A DNA stretch of 64,000 nucleotides. Origin: Myxococcota bacterium (GTDB lineage: Bacteria; Myxococcota_A; SURF-8). Position 1 is the stretch's first letter. Every line of letters starts with the position of its first letter. Positions 11,201 through 19,518 of the stretch are shown in pieces. The notes under the pieces were generated by a model, which saw nothing but the letters and a program-made list of their open reading frames with translations, ran no database searches and was not told the origin of the DNA. The position numbers and the translations under genes are program-made. The stretch spans positions 1,248,001 through 1,312,000 of the forward strand of contig CAXXQS010000001.1 in NCBI GenBank assembly GCA_963674735.2. The letters run 5' to 3'.

Positions 11201-11954
11201 CCGATTGCCAGGGACGGTTTGGTCGCGGGTTTCCCCATTCGGCGACCTGCTTTTCGTTCAACCAGGCTTTGAGTGTTCCTCCGGCTCCTAAAAGCAGGAT
11301 GGCATCACGGCTCTTTGGACTGTAGATTCGTGTAAAGGCATAAGCGCTTGTATAACTGGATGGGTTGAACGCGACACGCAGATTTTGGTAGCCGTTCATT
11401 TTGGAGATGTCGGGAAAGGGTCGCCAAGAGACGGATCGCTCTTTGCCGGGATACGACTGCTGGGGGTCGAAGGCCGATTCAGGAGGGAAAACCGTTTCAT
11501 GGCCTGTGCCCCCTTCGTTGCTGAACGGACCAATAATCATCCACCGCGTAATCAGTCCGAGATTCCGACGAGCATCAATAATCGCGGAGGCGTCACCGGA
11601 ACGCCAGGCTTGTCGCCATAGCGACCAACCGGCGGCTACACGAAGATCAAACGGTACGTTTTTGGATGCCGTCAATTGTTCACAGAATCGAATATGCCGT
11701 TCGGGAGTCGATAAGTAGGGAAAGAGCTCTTGAAGTCGATAAAGCAGGGCTAGGGATTCCGGATTTGATGGATGCGTCCGCAACTGCTTTGAAATCGATT
11801 CAAATTGATGGTCGTAAAACGTCTCGGTAACCGGCAATTCATCGCAAAATACGCTACGAGGTGCCGCCGATCCTAAAATGAAAGCAAAGCCGATCATCAT
11901 GAGTACGCTGAAGTGAGTTTTCAGCATTTGGTGCAACAGATAAGATTTGAACAA
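8211..11954 (-). CDS. TPR + DUF3857 + transglutaminase-like (Cys-His-Asp) secreted protein
   Basis: 1247 aa. Signal-like N-terminus, WMIIGPF domain, TPRs, FPDLEPGDVVE, and GDCKDKA / FNHAI / YLDGT triad. Overlaps the next gene by 8 nt. Start codon uncertain (TTG 11954 with AAGGA upstream). Confidence 0.85.
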   Translation of the reverse strand: MFKSYLLHQMLKTHFSVLMMIGFAFILGSAAPRSVFCDELPVTETFYDHQFESISKQLRTHPSNPESLALLYRLQELFPYLSTPERHIRFCEQLTASKNVPFDLRVAAGWSLWRQAWRSGDASAIIDARRNLGLITRWMIIGPFSNEGGTGHETVFPPESAFDPQQSYPGKERSVSWRPFPDISKMNGYQNLRVAFNPSSYTSAYAFTRIYSPKSRDAILLLGAGGTLKAWLNEKQVAEWGNPRPNRPWQSAYRIRLKRGMNDLLLKISGRDGDWGYRAAILDRKGRAINALAGLESDENAATKAPFPSTRQNWKLSSKGNSNKSFTLSVDRLIKRDTKHPTSRNARLISLLLMKQHPYSPEQNLHAEWALRAIERKPNDPEALLHCAEAIDDPNRRHSCLLNGARLFPENPRFSLELARFFISEGQPVQARNWLLPVLERESVLIEAQLLWSQLLDERNHRAEAIDLLHDLHRRFPTVRSVKRALAEHLEMLDLDKESDQIHRVLIQNKANIPRDLRWQYDNAVKHKDSSTAIKITRQILSLRPGNLPDLLRLSKLQSGSGHDSKARITLQKALSIAPEDTTILERLAELEHRSGNAEKALELWNRSLAIAPQNPDLKRYLLHLTPESNTFEVPYVQDALFILSRRPATPETEESAEELLSSDVWKVFENGLSSHFKQSIVRVYDENGIKNFQQFGIRYSPERQEVKILKARVFKPDGRVSERYSDNDHSVNKAYQIYFDYRVRVVTFPDLEPGDVVELQYRIDDIAAENLFSDYFGTLDLLQGRYPIRERQFVILIPKKKPLYHNTPKLSLEPQTTYLDNGDLEYRWKAENVAKIPSEPKSPPLVEQADVLHVSTFKDWSTLGTWYWGLIRDQFIAKEDLKRVVKELINGLDNPLDRVRMIYQWVVTNTRYIGLEFGIHSYKPYQVNRIFERRFGDCKDKATLLVTMLTEAGIRAQMAIIRTNNLGSLAAYPPSLAVFNHAIAYLPDYDLYLDGTAEFSGPFELPVQDRHGQVMLVSEKQTTFTRVPLPDPSTNIYRQTTLVDLTVNDQASLENTIRIEGSRAAIFRRHFQDVKKRHENLEKLVNRDHPGTVVENYSFDNLEDILKPVELSYQATLPDFLRHEGHEIIAPISIDKIDLVKRFASLSTREHPVMIDRLQTIESTLRLHLNGRFKLLNIPSPQAIDTDFGSFRMTVIPEDGDLLISHTLVFRQDRIEVKDYPDFHRFCQEVTQAFKQELRFEELTHE

Positions 11955-12127
11955 TGTTCATCCTTTCGATGCTGACGGAAATTTGAAGAAAGGATATCAC
12001 ATGGATGAATGTCGGGACTAGTCAAAAACTCTATGTGCGTTCACTCTTTTCTTCCAAAGTATAGAGAGCGATCGAGGTTGGATATGAGTAGGATCACATA
12101 AGGCGATCCTTTTAAGGAGTCAAAATG

Positions 12128-12162
12128 AAAACGGCCTTCCAGTATGAAACCGGAAGGCCGTT
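12128..12162 (-). terminator. Intrinsic terminator of the 1473-aa gene
   Basis: aacggccttcc-N11-ggaaggccgtt stem with a short T tract on the minus strand. Confidence 0.65.
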
Positions 12163-12182
12163 GGCAGTTTAGGGGTTAAGGA

Positions 12183-15100
12183 TTACTTTCGTCGGATAGC
12201 CAGAAATGCTGTCAGGCTCCGGCGGCGGAGGGCAAACAGGGCCATCATGAGGAATAGGAACGCGAGGAACGAGGAAGACCCGGAATGGCGGCAGTCACTT
12301 TCATCATAGCCGCCGCTGCCGTCACTGTCGCCGGTGTCGCCGTCAGCTTCGATATCGCTGTCTTCAACGCAGACTCCGTCAACACAGATCAGTCCCAGTT
12401 CATCACAATACTGATATTGGTGCCAATCACTTCCGGATTCGTCACACTGCATCACAATGTCGCCTTCGCAGCGTTTTTCTTCCGGAGTGCATACTTCAGG
12501 ATCATCACCGTCCGGGTCGTCGCCGTCGGGATCATCGCCATCGGGATCGTCGCCATCGGGATCGTCGCCGTCGGGATCATCGCCGTCAGGATCATCGCCG
12601 TCGGGATCGTCGCCGTCGACCGGAGGAGTGACGTCTTCAAGCAACAGGGTAAATTCGCCATCCAGGCGTACTGCTTCAGGTTCTACAATATGCAGATAAA
12701 CATCCGTATCCTCGTCGAAGACTTCAAGCGCGTATGCGTCGGCCAACTCACCCTCCGGAAGCTCCAAGACACTCAGACAGGAGGATGAATCGTCGCAGTC
12801 CAGCATCAGCGCAGCCTGCAGAGCAACGCCGGCTTCGTTGTTGAAGGACAACTCATATTCGTGGTCAGCCTCCAGAGTTGCATAGAGGAAAACATCGCGA
12901 CCGGCAATCGGATCGCCGTCTACGCAGGGTGATTCGATCGAGCTGTAGGCATGGGTCCCGTCGAAATTGCTCGTGTAGTCCGTATCGACCAAGAACTCAT
13001 CGGCATCGGAACAGGCGTCGCCGACAGCCAAGGGCTCGCATTCACCTTCGAAGCAGCCACCGTCTTCGGTTTCAGACAGCGGGCAGGAGGTCCAATCATC
13101 CTGCTCGGTGCAGGGCAGGGGATCACAAGTCAGACCGTCGCCTTCGTAACCATCGTCACAGGCACAGGCCGTCAGTTCGCCACTGAGAATACAGGACGCG
13201 TGTTCAACGCAGATATCCGCCAGATCCTCATCGATGTCATCTACACCGTTGCAGTTGCTGTCGATACCGTCGCAGAGCTCATCACCCGGATCGCCCGCCA
13301 CGCAGCTATCCTGAACCTGACCCGCTACGCAGCTCGTCGTACCGGTCGCCGCACAGGCACCTACGCCGCAGTCGGTGTCGAGAGGAACATAGGCTTCGTC
13401 GGCCGTTCCGTCGCAGTTATCATCGACACCATCGCAAGTGTCATCAGTATTGCTGGGATCGCCCGGAGTACAGCTATCCTGCACCTGACCTGCTACGCAA
13501 CTGGTCGCGCCGGTCGCCGCACAGGCACCTACGCCGCAGTCGGTGTCAAGAGAAACATAGGCTTCATCGGCCGTTCCGTCGCAGTTATCGTCTACACCGT
13601 CGCAGTCCGTGTCATCGCCGGTGGGGTCGCCCGCCACGCAGCTATCCTGCACCTGACCGCTGACACAGCTGGTCGCGCCGGTCGCCGCACAGGCACCTAC
13701 ACCGCAATCGGTGGCGAGGGAAGCATAGTTCTCATCTTTGGATCCGTTACAGTTGTCGTCCACACCGTCACAGTCGGAATCATCGCCGGTGGGGTCGCCC
13801 GCCACGCAGCTATCCTGGACCTGACCTGCTACGCAACTGGTCGCGCCGGTCGCCGCACAGGCACCTACACCGCAATCGGTGGCGAGGGAAGCATAGTTTT
13901 CGTCTTTGGATCCGTTGCAGTTGTCGTCCACACCGTCGCAATCCGTGTCATCACCGGTGGGGTCACCCACCACGCAGCTATCCTGGACAGAACCTTCCAC
14001 ACAGCTCGTGGCACCGGTCGCGCCGCAAGCGCCCACGCCGCAGGCCGTGGACTGGCTGACATACGCTTCATCGGCGCTGCCGTCGCAATCGTCATCGATG
14101 CCGTCACAGTCGGAATCATCGCCGGTGGGGTCGCCCGCCACGCAGCTATCCTGGACCTGACCTGCTACGCAACTGGTCGCGCCGGTCGCCGCACAGGCTC
14201 CCACGCCGCAATCGGTGGCGAGGGACGCATAGTTTTCGTCTTTGGATCCGTTGCAGTTGTCGTCCACACCGTCGCAGTCCGTGTCATCGCCGGTGGGGTC
14301 GCCCGCCACGCAGCTATCCTGGACAGAACCTTCCACACAGCTCGTGACGCCGGTCGCGCCGCAAGCGCCCACGCCGCAGGCAGTGGACTGGCTGACATAC
14401 GCTTCATCGGCGCTGCCGTCGCAATCGTCATCGATGCCGTCACAGTCGGAATCATCGCCGGTGGGGTCGCCCGCCGTGCAGCTATCCTGCACCTGACCTG
14501 CTACGCAGCTGGTCGCGCCGGTCGCCGCACAGGCACCTACACCGCAATCGGTGGCGAGGGAAGCATAGTTCTCATCTTTGGATCCGTTGCAGTTATCATC
14601 GATGCCGTCGCAGTCGCTGTCATCGCCGGTGGGGTCGCCCGCCACGCAGCTATCCTGGACAGAACCTTCCACACAGCTCGTGGCGCCGGTCGCGCCGCAA
14701 GCGCCCACGCCGCAGGCCGTGGACTGGCTGACATACGCTTCATCGGCGCTGCCGTCGCAATCGTCATCGATGCCGTCGCAGTCGGTATCGTCGCCGGTGG
14801 GGTCGCCCGCCACGCAGCTATCCTGGACAGAACCTTCCACACAGCTCGTGGAGCCGGTCGCGCCGCAAGCTCCCACGCCGCAGGCCGTGGACTGGCTGAC
14901 ATACGCTTCATCGGCGCTGCCGTCGCAATCGTCATCGATGCCGTCACAGTCGGAATCATCACCGGTGGGGTCGCCCGCCACGCAGCTATCCTGCACAGAA
15001 CCTTCCACACAGCTCGTGGCACCGGTCGCGCCGCAAGCGCCCACGCCGCAGGCCGTGGACTGACTGACATACGCTTCATCGGCGCTGCCGTCGCAATCGT

Positions 15101-16604
15101 CATCGATGCCGTCACAGTCGCTGTCGTCGCCGGTGGGGTCGCCCGCCACGCAGCTATCCTGGACAGAACCTTCCACACAGCTCGTGGCGCCGGTCGCGCC
15201 GCAAGCTCCCACGCCGCAGGCCGTGGACTGGCTGACATACGCTTCATCGGCGCTGCCGTCGCAATCGTCATCGATGCCGTCACAGTCGGAATCGTCGCCG
15301 GTGGGGTCGCCCGCCACGCAGCTATCCTGCACAGAACCTTCCACACAGCTCGTGGAGCCGGTCGCGCCGCAAGCGCCCACGCCGCAGGCCGTGGACTGGC
15401 TGACATACGCTTCATCGGCGCTGCCGTCGCAATCGTCATCGATGCCGTCACAGTCGGAATCATCGCCGGTGGGGTCGCCCGCCACGCAGCTATCCTGCAC
15501 AGAACCTTCCACACAGCTCGTGGCGCCGGTCGCGCCGCAAGCGCCCACACCGCAGGCCGTGGCCTGGCTGACATAACCTTCATCGGTGCTGCCGTCGCAG
15601 TTGTCGTCGAAACCGTCGCAGTCGTTGTCGTCATAGCTGGGGTCACCAGCAATTACGTTGCAGACTGTAGCGCTGCCGTCTTCATTGCAAATCATGTTGC
15701 CGTTGACCAAGCAGGCTCCGGTTCCATCGGAACAGGCATCGCCGAGGTCGGTGAAATCTTCATCGGTGCTGCCATCGCAGTCGTTGTCCACGCCGTCGCA
15801 GGTCTCCGCGGCGCCGGGATAGCTATTCGGATCTTCGGGCTGGCAGTCCATGCAGTCGCGGTAACCGTCTTCATCGGTGTCGGGTGTATCCAAAGGGCAA
15901 CTATTATAAGCGAAGTTGCGCAGGGCGCCGTTCCAAACGCCGGTGCCGTCGGATGCTTCAACAATCCAATTCGGGAAGGATGTTCCATCCGTATAGTAGT
16001 TTATGCTAAGCCAGACGATTTTGCCCAGACCCAGGCTGCGGATGCTCCAAAATGCGCCTCCATATTGGCCTTCTAAGACGTTTTCCGTTTCGGATGTGAG
16101 ATTCATCAGCTCATCGAGATCGTGGCTTCCGACGGGAGACAACCCGCGGATATCAACCACGCCGGTGGTGAGAACGTTGCTCGAACTGGTAATTGAATGA
16201 GGATACGCCGATCCAACATCATAAGCACCGGTTCCGCCCACGAATTGATAAATATGAGTCGAGAAAATGGTGTCGTAGCCGGTGAGGAAAACAAAGCCAC
16301 CCGATGTCGCATAGCTTTCCAAATTCGAGATGACACCTGTAGGCAACAGATAATCGAATCGATTGGAGATAAAAACGGCTTGATAGCCGGATAGATCGTC
16401 CGACAGGGCGGAAAAATCGCTGCTCACCACCGTATCAACGGTGAAGCCATCGTTTTCCAGCACGGTGCTGATGCTTGTATTGGTGTCGGCTGCAAACGTG
16501 ACGTGCAGGATGCTTGCCTCGGCCTCGTTGGTCCAAGCGATTTGCAACAGGAACGCCAGGCTTAGACAGAGCATGAGCGCAGTTCGAATCGATAATCTTC
16601 GCAT
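12183..16604 (-). CDS. Giant Cys/Asp-rich cell-surface protein (MopE-related/putative metal-binding repeats, EGF-like domain, MYXO-CTERM-like anchor)
   Basis: 1473 aa. Signal peptide ...NEAEA, N-terminal alpha/beta domain, PGAAETCDGVDNDCDG motif, 14 repeats of 56 aa, EGF-like CVEHASC..CACDDGYEGDGLTC, (DGDDP)8, C-terminal C-RHSGSSS-TM-RRR. Confidence 0.9.
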   Translation of the reverse strand: MRRLSIRTALMLCLSLAFLLQIAWTNEAEASILHVTFAADTNTSISTVLENDGFTVDTVVSSDFSALSDDLSGYQAVFISNRFDYLLPTGVISNLESYATSGGFVFLTGYDTIFSTHIYQFVGGTGAYDVGSAYPHSITSSSNVLTTGVVDIRGLSPVGSHDLDELMNLTSETENVLEGQYGGAFWSIRSLGLGKIVWLSINYYTDGTSFPNWIVEASDGTGVWNGALRNFAYNSCPLDTPDTDEDGYRDCMDCQPEDPNSYPGAAETCDGVDNDCDGSTDEDFTDLGDACSDGTGACLVNGNMICNEDGSATVCNVIAGDPSYDDNDCDGFDDNCDGSTDEGYVSQATACGVGACGATGATSCVEGSVQDSCVAGDPTGDDSDCDGIDDDCDGSADEAYVSQSTACGVGACGATGSTSCVEGSVQDSCVAGDPTGDDSDCDGIDDDCDGSADEAYVSQSTACGVGACGATGATSCVEGSVQDSCVAGDPTGDDSDCDGIDDDCDGSADEAYVSQSTACGVGACGATGATSCVEGSVQDSCVAGDPTGDDSDCDGIDDDCDGSADEAYVSQSTACGVGACGATGSTSCVEGSVQDSCVAGDPTGDDTDCDGIDDDCDGSADEAYVSQSTACGVGACGATGATSCVEGSVQDSCVAGDPTGDDSDCDGIDDNCNGSKDENYASLATDCGVGACAATGATSCVAGQVQDSCTAGDPTGDDSDCDGIDDDCDGSADEAYVSQSTACGVGACGATGVTSCVEGSVQDSCVAGDPTGDDTDCDGVDDNCNGSKDENYASLATDCGVGACAATGATSCVAGQVQDSCVAGDPTGDDSDCDGIDDDCDGSADEAYVSQSTACGVGACGATGATSCVEGSVQDSCVVGDPTGDDTDCDGVDDNCNGSKDENYASLATDCGVGACAATGATSCVAGQVQDSCVAGDPTGDDSDCDGVDDNCNGSKDENYASLATDCGVGACAATGATSCVSGQVQDSCVAGDPTGDDTDCDGVDDNCDGTADEAYVSLDTDCGVGACAATGATSCVAGQVQDSCTPGDPSNTDDTCDGVDDNCDGTADEAYVPLDTDCGVGACAATGTTSCVAGQVQDSCVAGDPGDELCDGIDSNCNGVDDIDEDLADICVEHASCILSGELTACACDDGYEGDGLTCDPLPCTEQDDWTSCPLSETEDGGCFEGECEPLAVGDACSDADEFLVDTDYTSNFDGTHAYSSIESPCVDGDPIAGRDVFLYATLEADHEYELSFNNEAGVALQAALMLDCDDSSSCLSVLELPEGELADAYALEVFDEDTDVYLHIVEPEAVRLDGEFTLLLEDVTPPVDGDDPDGDDPDGDDPDGDDPDGDDPDGDDPDGDDPDGDDPEVCTPEEKRCEGDIVMQCDESGSDWHQYQYCDELGLICVDGVCVEDSDIEADGDTGDSDGSGGYDESDCRHSGSSSFLAFLFLMMALFALRRRSLTAFLAIRRK
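12498..12617 (-). repeat. 8 x 15-bp tandem repeat encoding (DGDDP)8
   Basis: Units of the gggatcgtcgccgtc type with synonymous variation. Confidence 0.95.
13272..15623 (-). repeat. 14 x 168-bp intragenic tandem array (56-aa, 6-Cys unit)
   Basis: Unit DCDG(I/V)DD(D/N)C(D/N)G..DE.Y......CGVGAC.ATG.TSCV.G.VQDSC..GDP counted 14 times in the translation. Near-identical DNA at a 168-bp period. Confidence 0.95.
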
Positions 16605-16978
16605 TTTCCCCTACCTCTTTCTCGTTGGATGGATTGTGCCGGATTGGTTACTCACGAATGACCCCTTATTTTATTTTTCCGATTTGAACGTGCAAGAGCA
16701 TTGCAACCGACGGCACCCTCAATATCTTCCAATACCTCTAAATAGATTGTGTTTTAGTCAACTCGCAATCTTGAAAATTAAAAATTCCTAGAAAACTATA
16801 TCGGCATTCAACGCGCCAAACTTTATAAGGAAATGTCGGAAAATCTAGAAAAGTGGAAGATGGCATTTACATATTTTGAAAAATATTAAAAAAAACTTGC
16901 GCCACCGACTTCAAGGTTAACGGCTCCTATTCAGCGAGCCTGTATTAGCCACGCGTAATCAGCAGAGAATAGAGGTCT

Positions 16979-18367
16979 GTGATGCAGATAAAACAATTCG
17001 CGACAACAGTAATGATATTGAGTGTATTGGCTGTTTCGTCTCCGGCCTTGGCCGAAAGCTACACGTTGGAAGAGAGTCTCTCTCAAGCTCTGGAAAACTA
17101 TCGAATGGTCAAAGCTGCCGATGCCGAGCAGCAGGCTCGTGAGTATGAGCGACGCGGCATGTTCGGACGTTTTTTTCCTGTCCTGCGCGCCGAAGTCAAC
17201 GCGATGTTATGGGACTCCGATAACCTCTATAACTTTGATACGTCCGGATTCCAACAGCTCTTTGCGGCTTTCCCTGGCGGTGACCAACTGACGGTACCGC
17301 CGATGCAGATCGAGGTGCGGGACAATCTGACAATTCAGACTAAGCTCATGGCGATTCAGCCGCTTACACAACTGTATAAAGTGTACAGCGGTCATGCCGC
17401 GCTGTCCGCTATGGCGGAGTCGGCTCGCTTCGATGCGCTAAACGAGCGTCGCAAGGTGGAACGCGAGGTGACCAACGCCTTTTTCGGTTATATCGGTGCG
17501 CAACAGATGTCCGAATCGGTGGGGCAGGCTCTCAAGCAGGTCGAAGCTTACGAAAAACAGACGCGTGATTATCAAGCTGCCGGATTAGTCGAGCGGGAAG
17601 CTTTGCTGAAAGTTCTGGTTCAGCGGGAGGAGCTCAATCAGGCGAAAAGCCAGGCGGTAAAAGGTGTGAAATTGTCGCGCGCCATGCTCAACATGTACAT
17701 GGGACGTCCGTTGCAGGCAGAGATCGAGGCCGTTTGTGAACGTTGCCAGAACCCCGAAACCAGTTTGCAGGATACGTTGCTCAATCAACAAAAAGAGGCT
17801 TTGGCTGAACGTCCTGACTTACGTTCGGCCCGTGAACAGAGCCGTGCCGCCGCTAGTGGACGTCATGCCGCCATCGGTGACATGCTGCCTGAACTCAATC
17901 TGGTCGGAACTTATATCAACAACTACGGGATGGGTGAGTTGTACCATGAAAATGAATTTTTCGGTGGGTTGATGCTTACTTGGAATTTTTGGGAGTGGGG
18001 AGCCACCTATTACAAAGTAAAAGCCGCCGAAGCGAGAGTGACCCGTGCTGTGGAGCAGGTCGCCGCCGCCGAGGATGGCATTCGACTTGAGGTGCAGCAA
18101 ACACGTTTAGAGCTGGAAGAGGCGATTCAACGTTACATAGCCGCCGTGGCGCGACTGGAACTGGCTGCAGAGTCTCTGCGCCTGGAGCAGAATCGCTATG
18201 AGGCACAGCAGGTAAGCGCGGCCGATTTGGTTGCCGCTCAGACCGCCGAATTGCGTGCCAGAAACGATCAAACCGTGGCAGCAATGCAGGTGGAAGTCGC
18301 ACGGCGAGGGTTGGCGTTGGCGGTGGGTCGCGATTTGCTGACCGAGATGGAATCCGACAAACAATGA
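16979..18367 (+). CDS. TolC-family outer membrane efflux protein
   Basis: Signal peptide ...PALA, two OEP-like repeats (ALAERPDL, LPELNL, WNFWEWG), first gene of the MFP/RND operon. Start may be ATG 16982. Confidence 0.88.
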   Translation: MMQIKQFATTVMILSVLAVSSPALAESYTLEESLSQALENYRMVKAADAEQQAREYERRGMFGRFFPVLRAEVNAMLWDSDNLYNFDTSGFQQLFAAFPGGDQLTVPPMQIEVRDNLTIQTKLMAIQPLTQLYKVYSGHAALSAMAESARFDALNERRKVEREVTNAFFGYIGAQQMSESVGQALKQVEAYEKQTRDYQAAGLVEREALLKVLVQREELNQAKSQAVKGVKLSRAMLNMYMGRPLQAEIEAVCERCQNPETSLQDTLLNQQKEALAERPDLRSAREQSRAAASGRHAAIGDMLPELNLVGTYINNYGMGELYHENEFFGGLMLTWNFWEWGATYYKVKAAEARVTRAVEQVAAAEDGIRLEVQQTRLELEEAIQRYIAAVARLELAAESLRLEQNRYEAQQVSAADLVAAQTAELRARNDQTVAAMQVEVARRGLALAVGRDLLTEMESDKQ

Positions 18368-18411
18368 TCATAACCGAAATAAGGTGAATTTATAATTTAA
18401 GGAGAAACGAC

Positions 18412-19518
18412 ATGCAATTCAAGAATCAGCAAACGCACTTGGCTGTTGTTATGATTGTCGGACTGTTGACGTTCGGGCTATCGAGCTGTGCGAAACATGA
18501 CTCTGGGGAAGTTGTCTTTCAGGAGTTACCCAGCGTGGATGTCAAGGTTGAAACCATCGAAGCCCGGCGTGATACCGGCGTTTTCCAGGCTGTCGGGCGT
18601 GTAAAAAACATGCGCGAGTCCACCATTGCCAGCAAGGTGATGGGAAAGGTGGCCGCCATCCGCGTCAAGGCGGGGGAACGTGTCGATAAAGGGCACTTGC
18701 TGATTGCCATCGATGACCGGGATGTGCGTGGTCAGATGGAGCAGGCTAAAGGTGCGTTGGCGCAAGCCGAAGCGGCGCGTGTGATTGCCAAACAGATGCT
18801 CGATCGTTTCGAAACGCTCAAAAAGAGCGATTCCGCCAGCCAGGCCAAGTATGACAAAGCGGTGTTTGATTTCCAAAGCGCATTGGGAGCGGTGGCTCAG
18901 GCTAAGGGAGCCCTCAAAACCGCGCAAAGCTACCTGAAAGAGACGCGGGTGGTTGCACCATTTAAAGGCCGCATCATCGACACGCTCATCGAAGAAGGGG
19001 AGATGGCCTCGCCGGGTTATCCACTCGTGCGGATGGAAGGGGACGGCGAACTGGAGTTTGAAGCGACCGTGACAGCTCAGGAAATTGGAGCTTTGGCGGT
19101 CGGCCAGCCGGTGACGGTGGAACTCGATTCGGGTCGCAATGACACGCGTGAATTGTCGGGGACAATATACGAAATTGTTCCTGCTATGGATCGCGTCACC
19201 CATTCCAACACCGTGCGTATTCGTCTCGTAGAGATGAAAGGGTTGCGTTCGGGCATGTTCGGTCGTGCCAGTTTCGCCCGCCAAAGCGGCAGTTGCCCCG
19301 GGGTTCTGATTCCCGAAGACCGCTTGGTACGCCAAGGGCAGCTTACCGGTGTTTTCGTGGTTGGAGCGGATGATCGTCTGCGTCTACGGCTCGTACGTGA
19401 AGGGCGGCACCTGAACGGACAGGTGGAAGTCTTGTCGGGATTGGCGAATGGTGACCGGCTGGTCGCCTCGGCGATCGAAGGTTTGGTGGATGGACAGCCG
19501 GCAAAGGTGGTGCAGTAA
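18412..19518 (+). CDS. RND efflux periplasmic adaptor (MFP), lipoprotein
   Basis: Lipobox LSSC, KVMGKVAAIRVKAGERV and APFKGRI lipoyl halves, GLRSGMFG. Confidence 0.92.
   Translation: MQFKNQQTHLAVVMIVGLLTFGLSSCAKHDSGEVVFQELPSVDVKVETIEARRDTGVFQAVGRVKNMRESTIASKVMGKVAAIRVKAGERVDKGHLLIAIDDRDVRGQMEQAKGALAQAEAARVIAKQMLDRFETLKKSDSASQAKYDKAVFDFQSALGAVAQAKGALKTAQSYLKETRVVAPFKGRIIDTLIEEGEMASPGYPLVRMEGDGELEFEATVTAQEIGALAVGQPVTVELDSGRNDTRELSGTIYEIVPAMDRVTHSNTVRIRLVEMKGLRSGMFGRASFARQSGSCPGVLIPEDRLVRQGQLTGVFVVGADDRLRLRLVREGRHLNGQVEVLSGLANGDRLVASAIEGLVDGQPAKVVQ

Noticed and set aside
13272-15623. Array considered as CRISPR or DGR template/variable repeats
   Set aside because: Units are contiguous, in frame and lack unique spacers. 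No cas or reverse transcriptase gene nearby, and differences are not adenine-specific.
12951-16076. 1041-aa + strand ORF and other overlapping ORFs in the repeat array
   Set aside because: Antisense or alternate-frame shadows of the GC-rich repeat gene. No RBS or domain logic, and stop-free because a stop-free unit is repeated.
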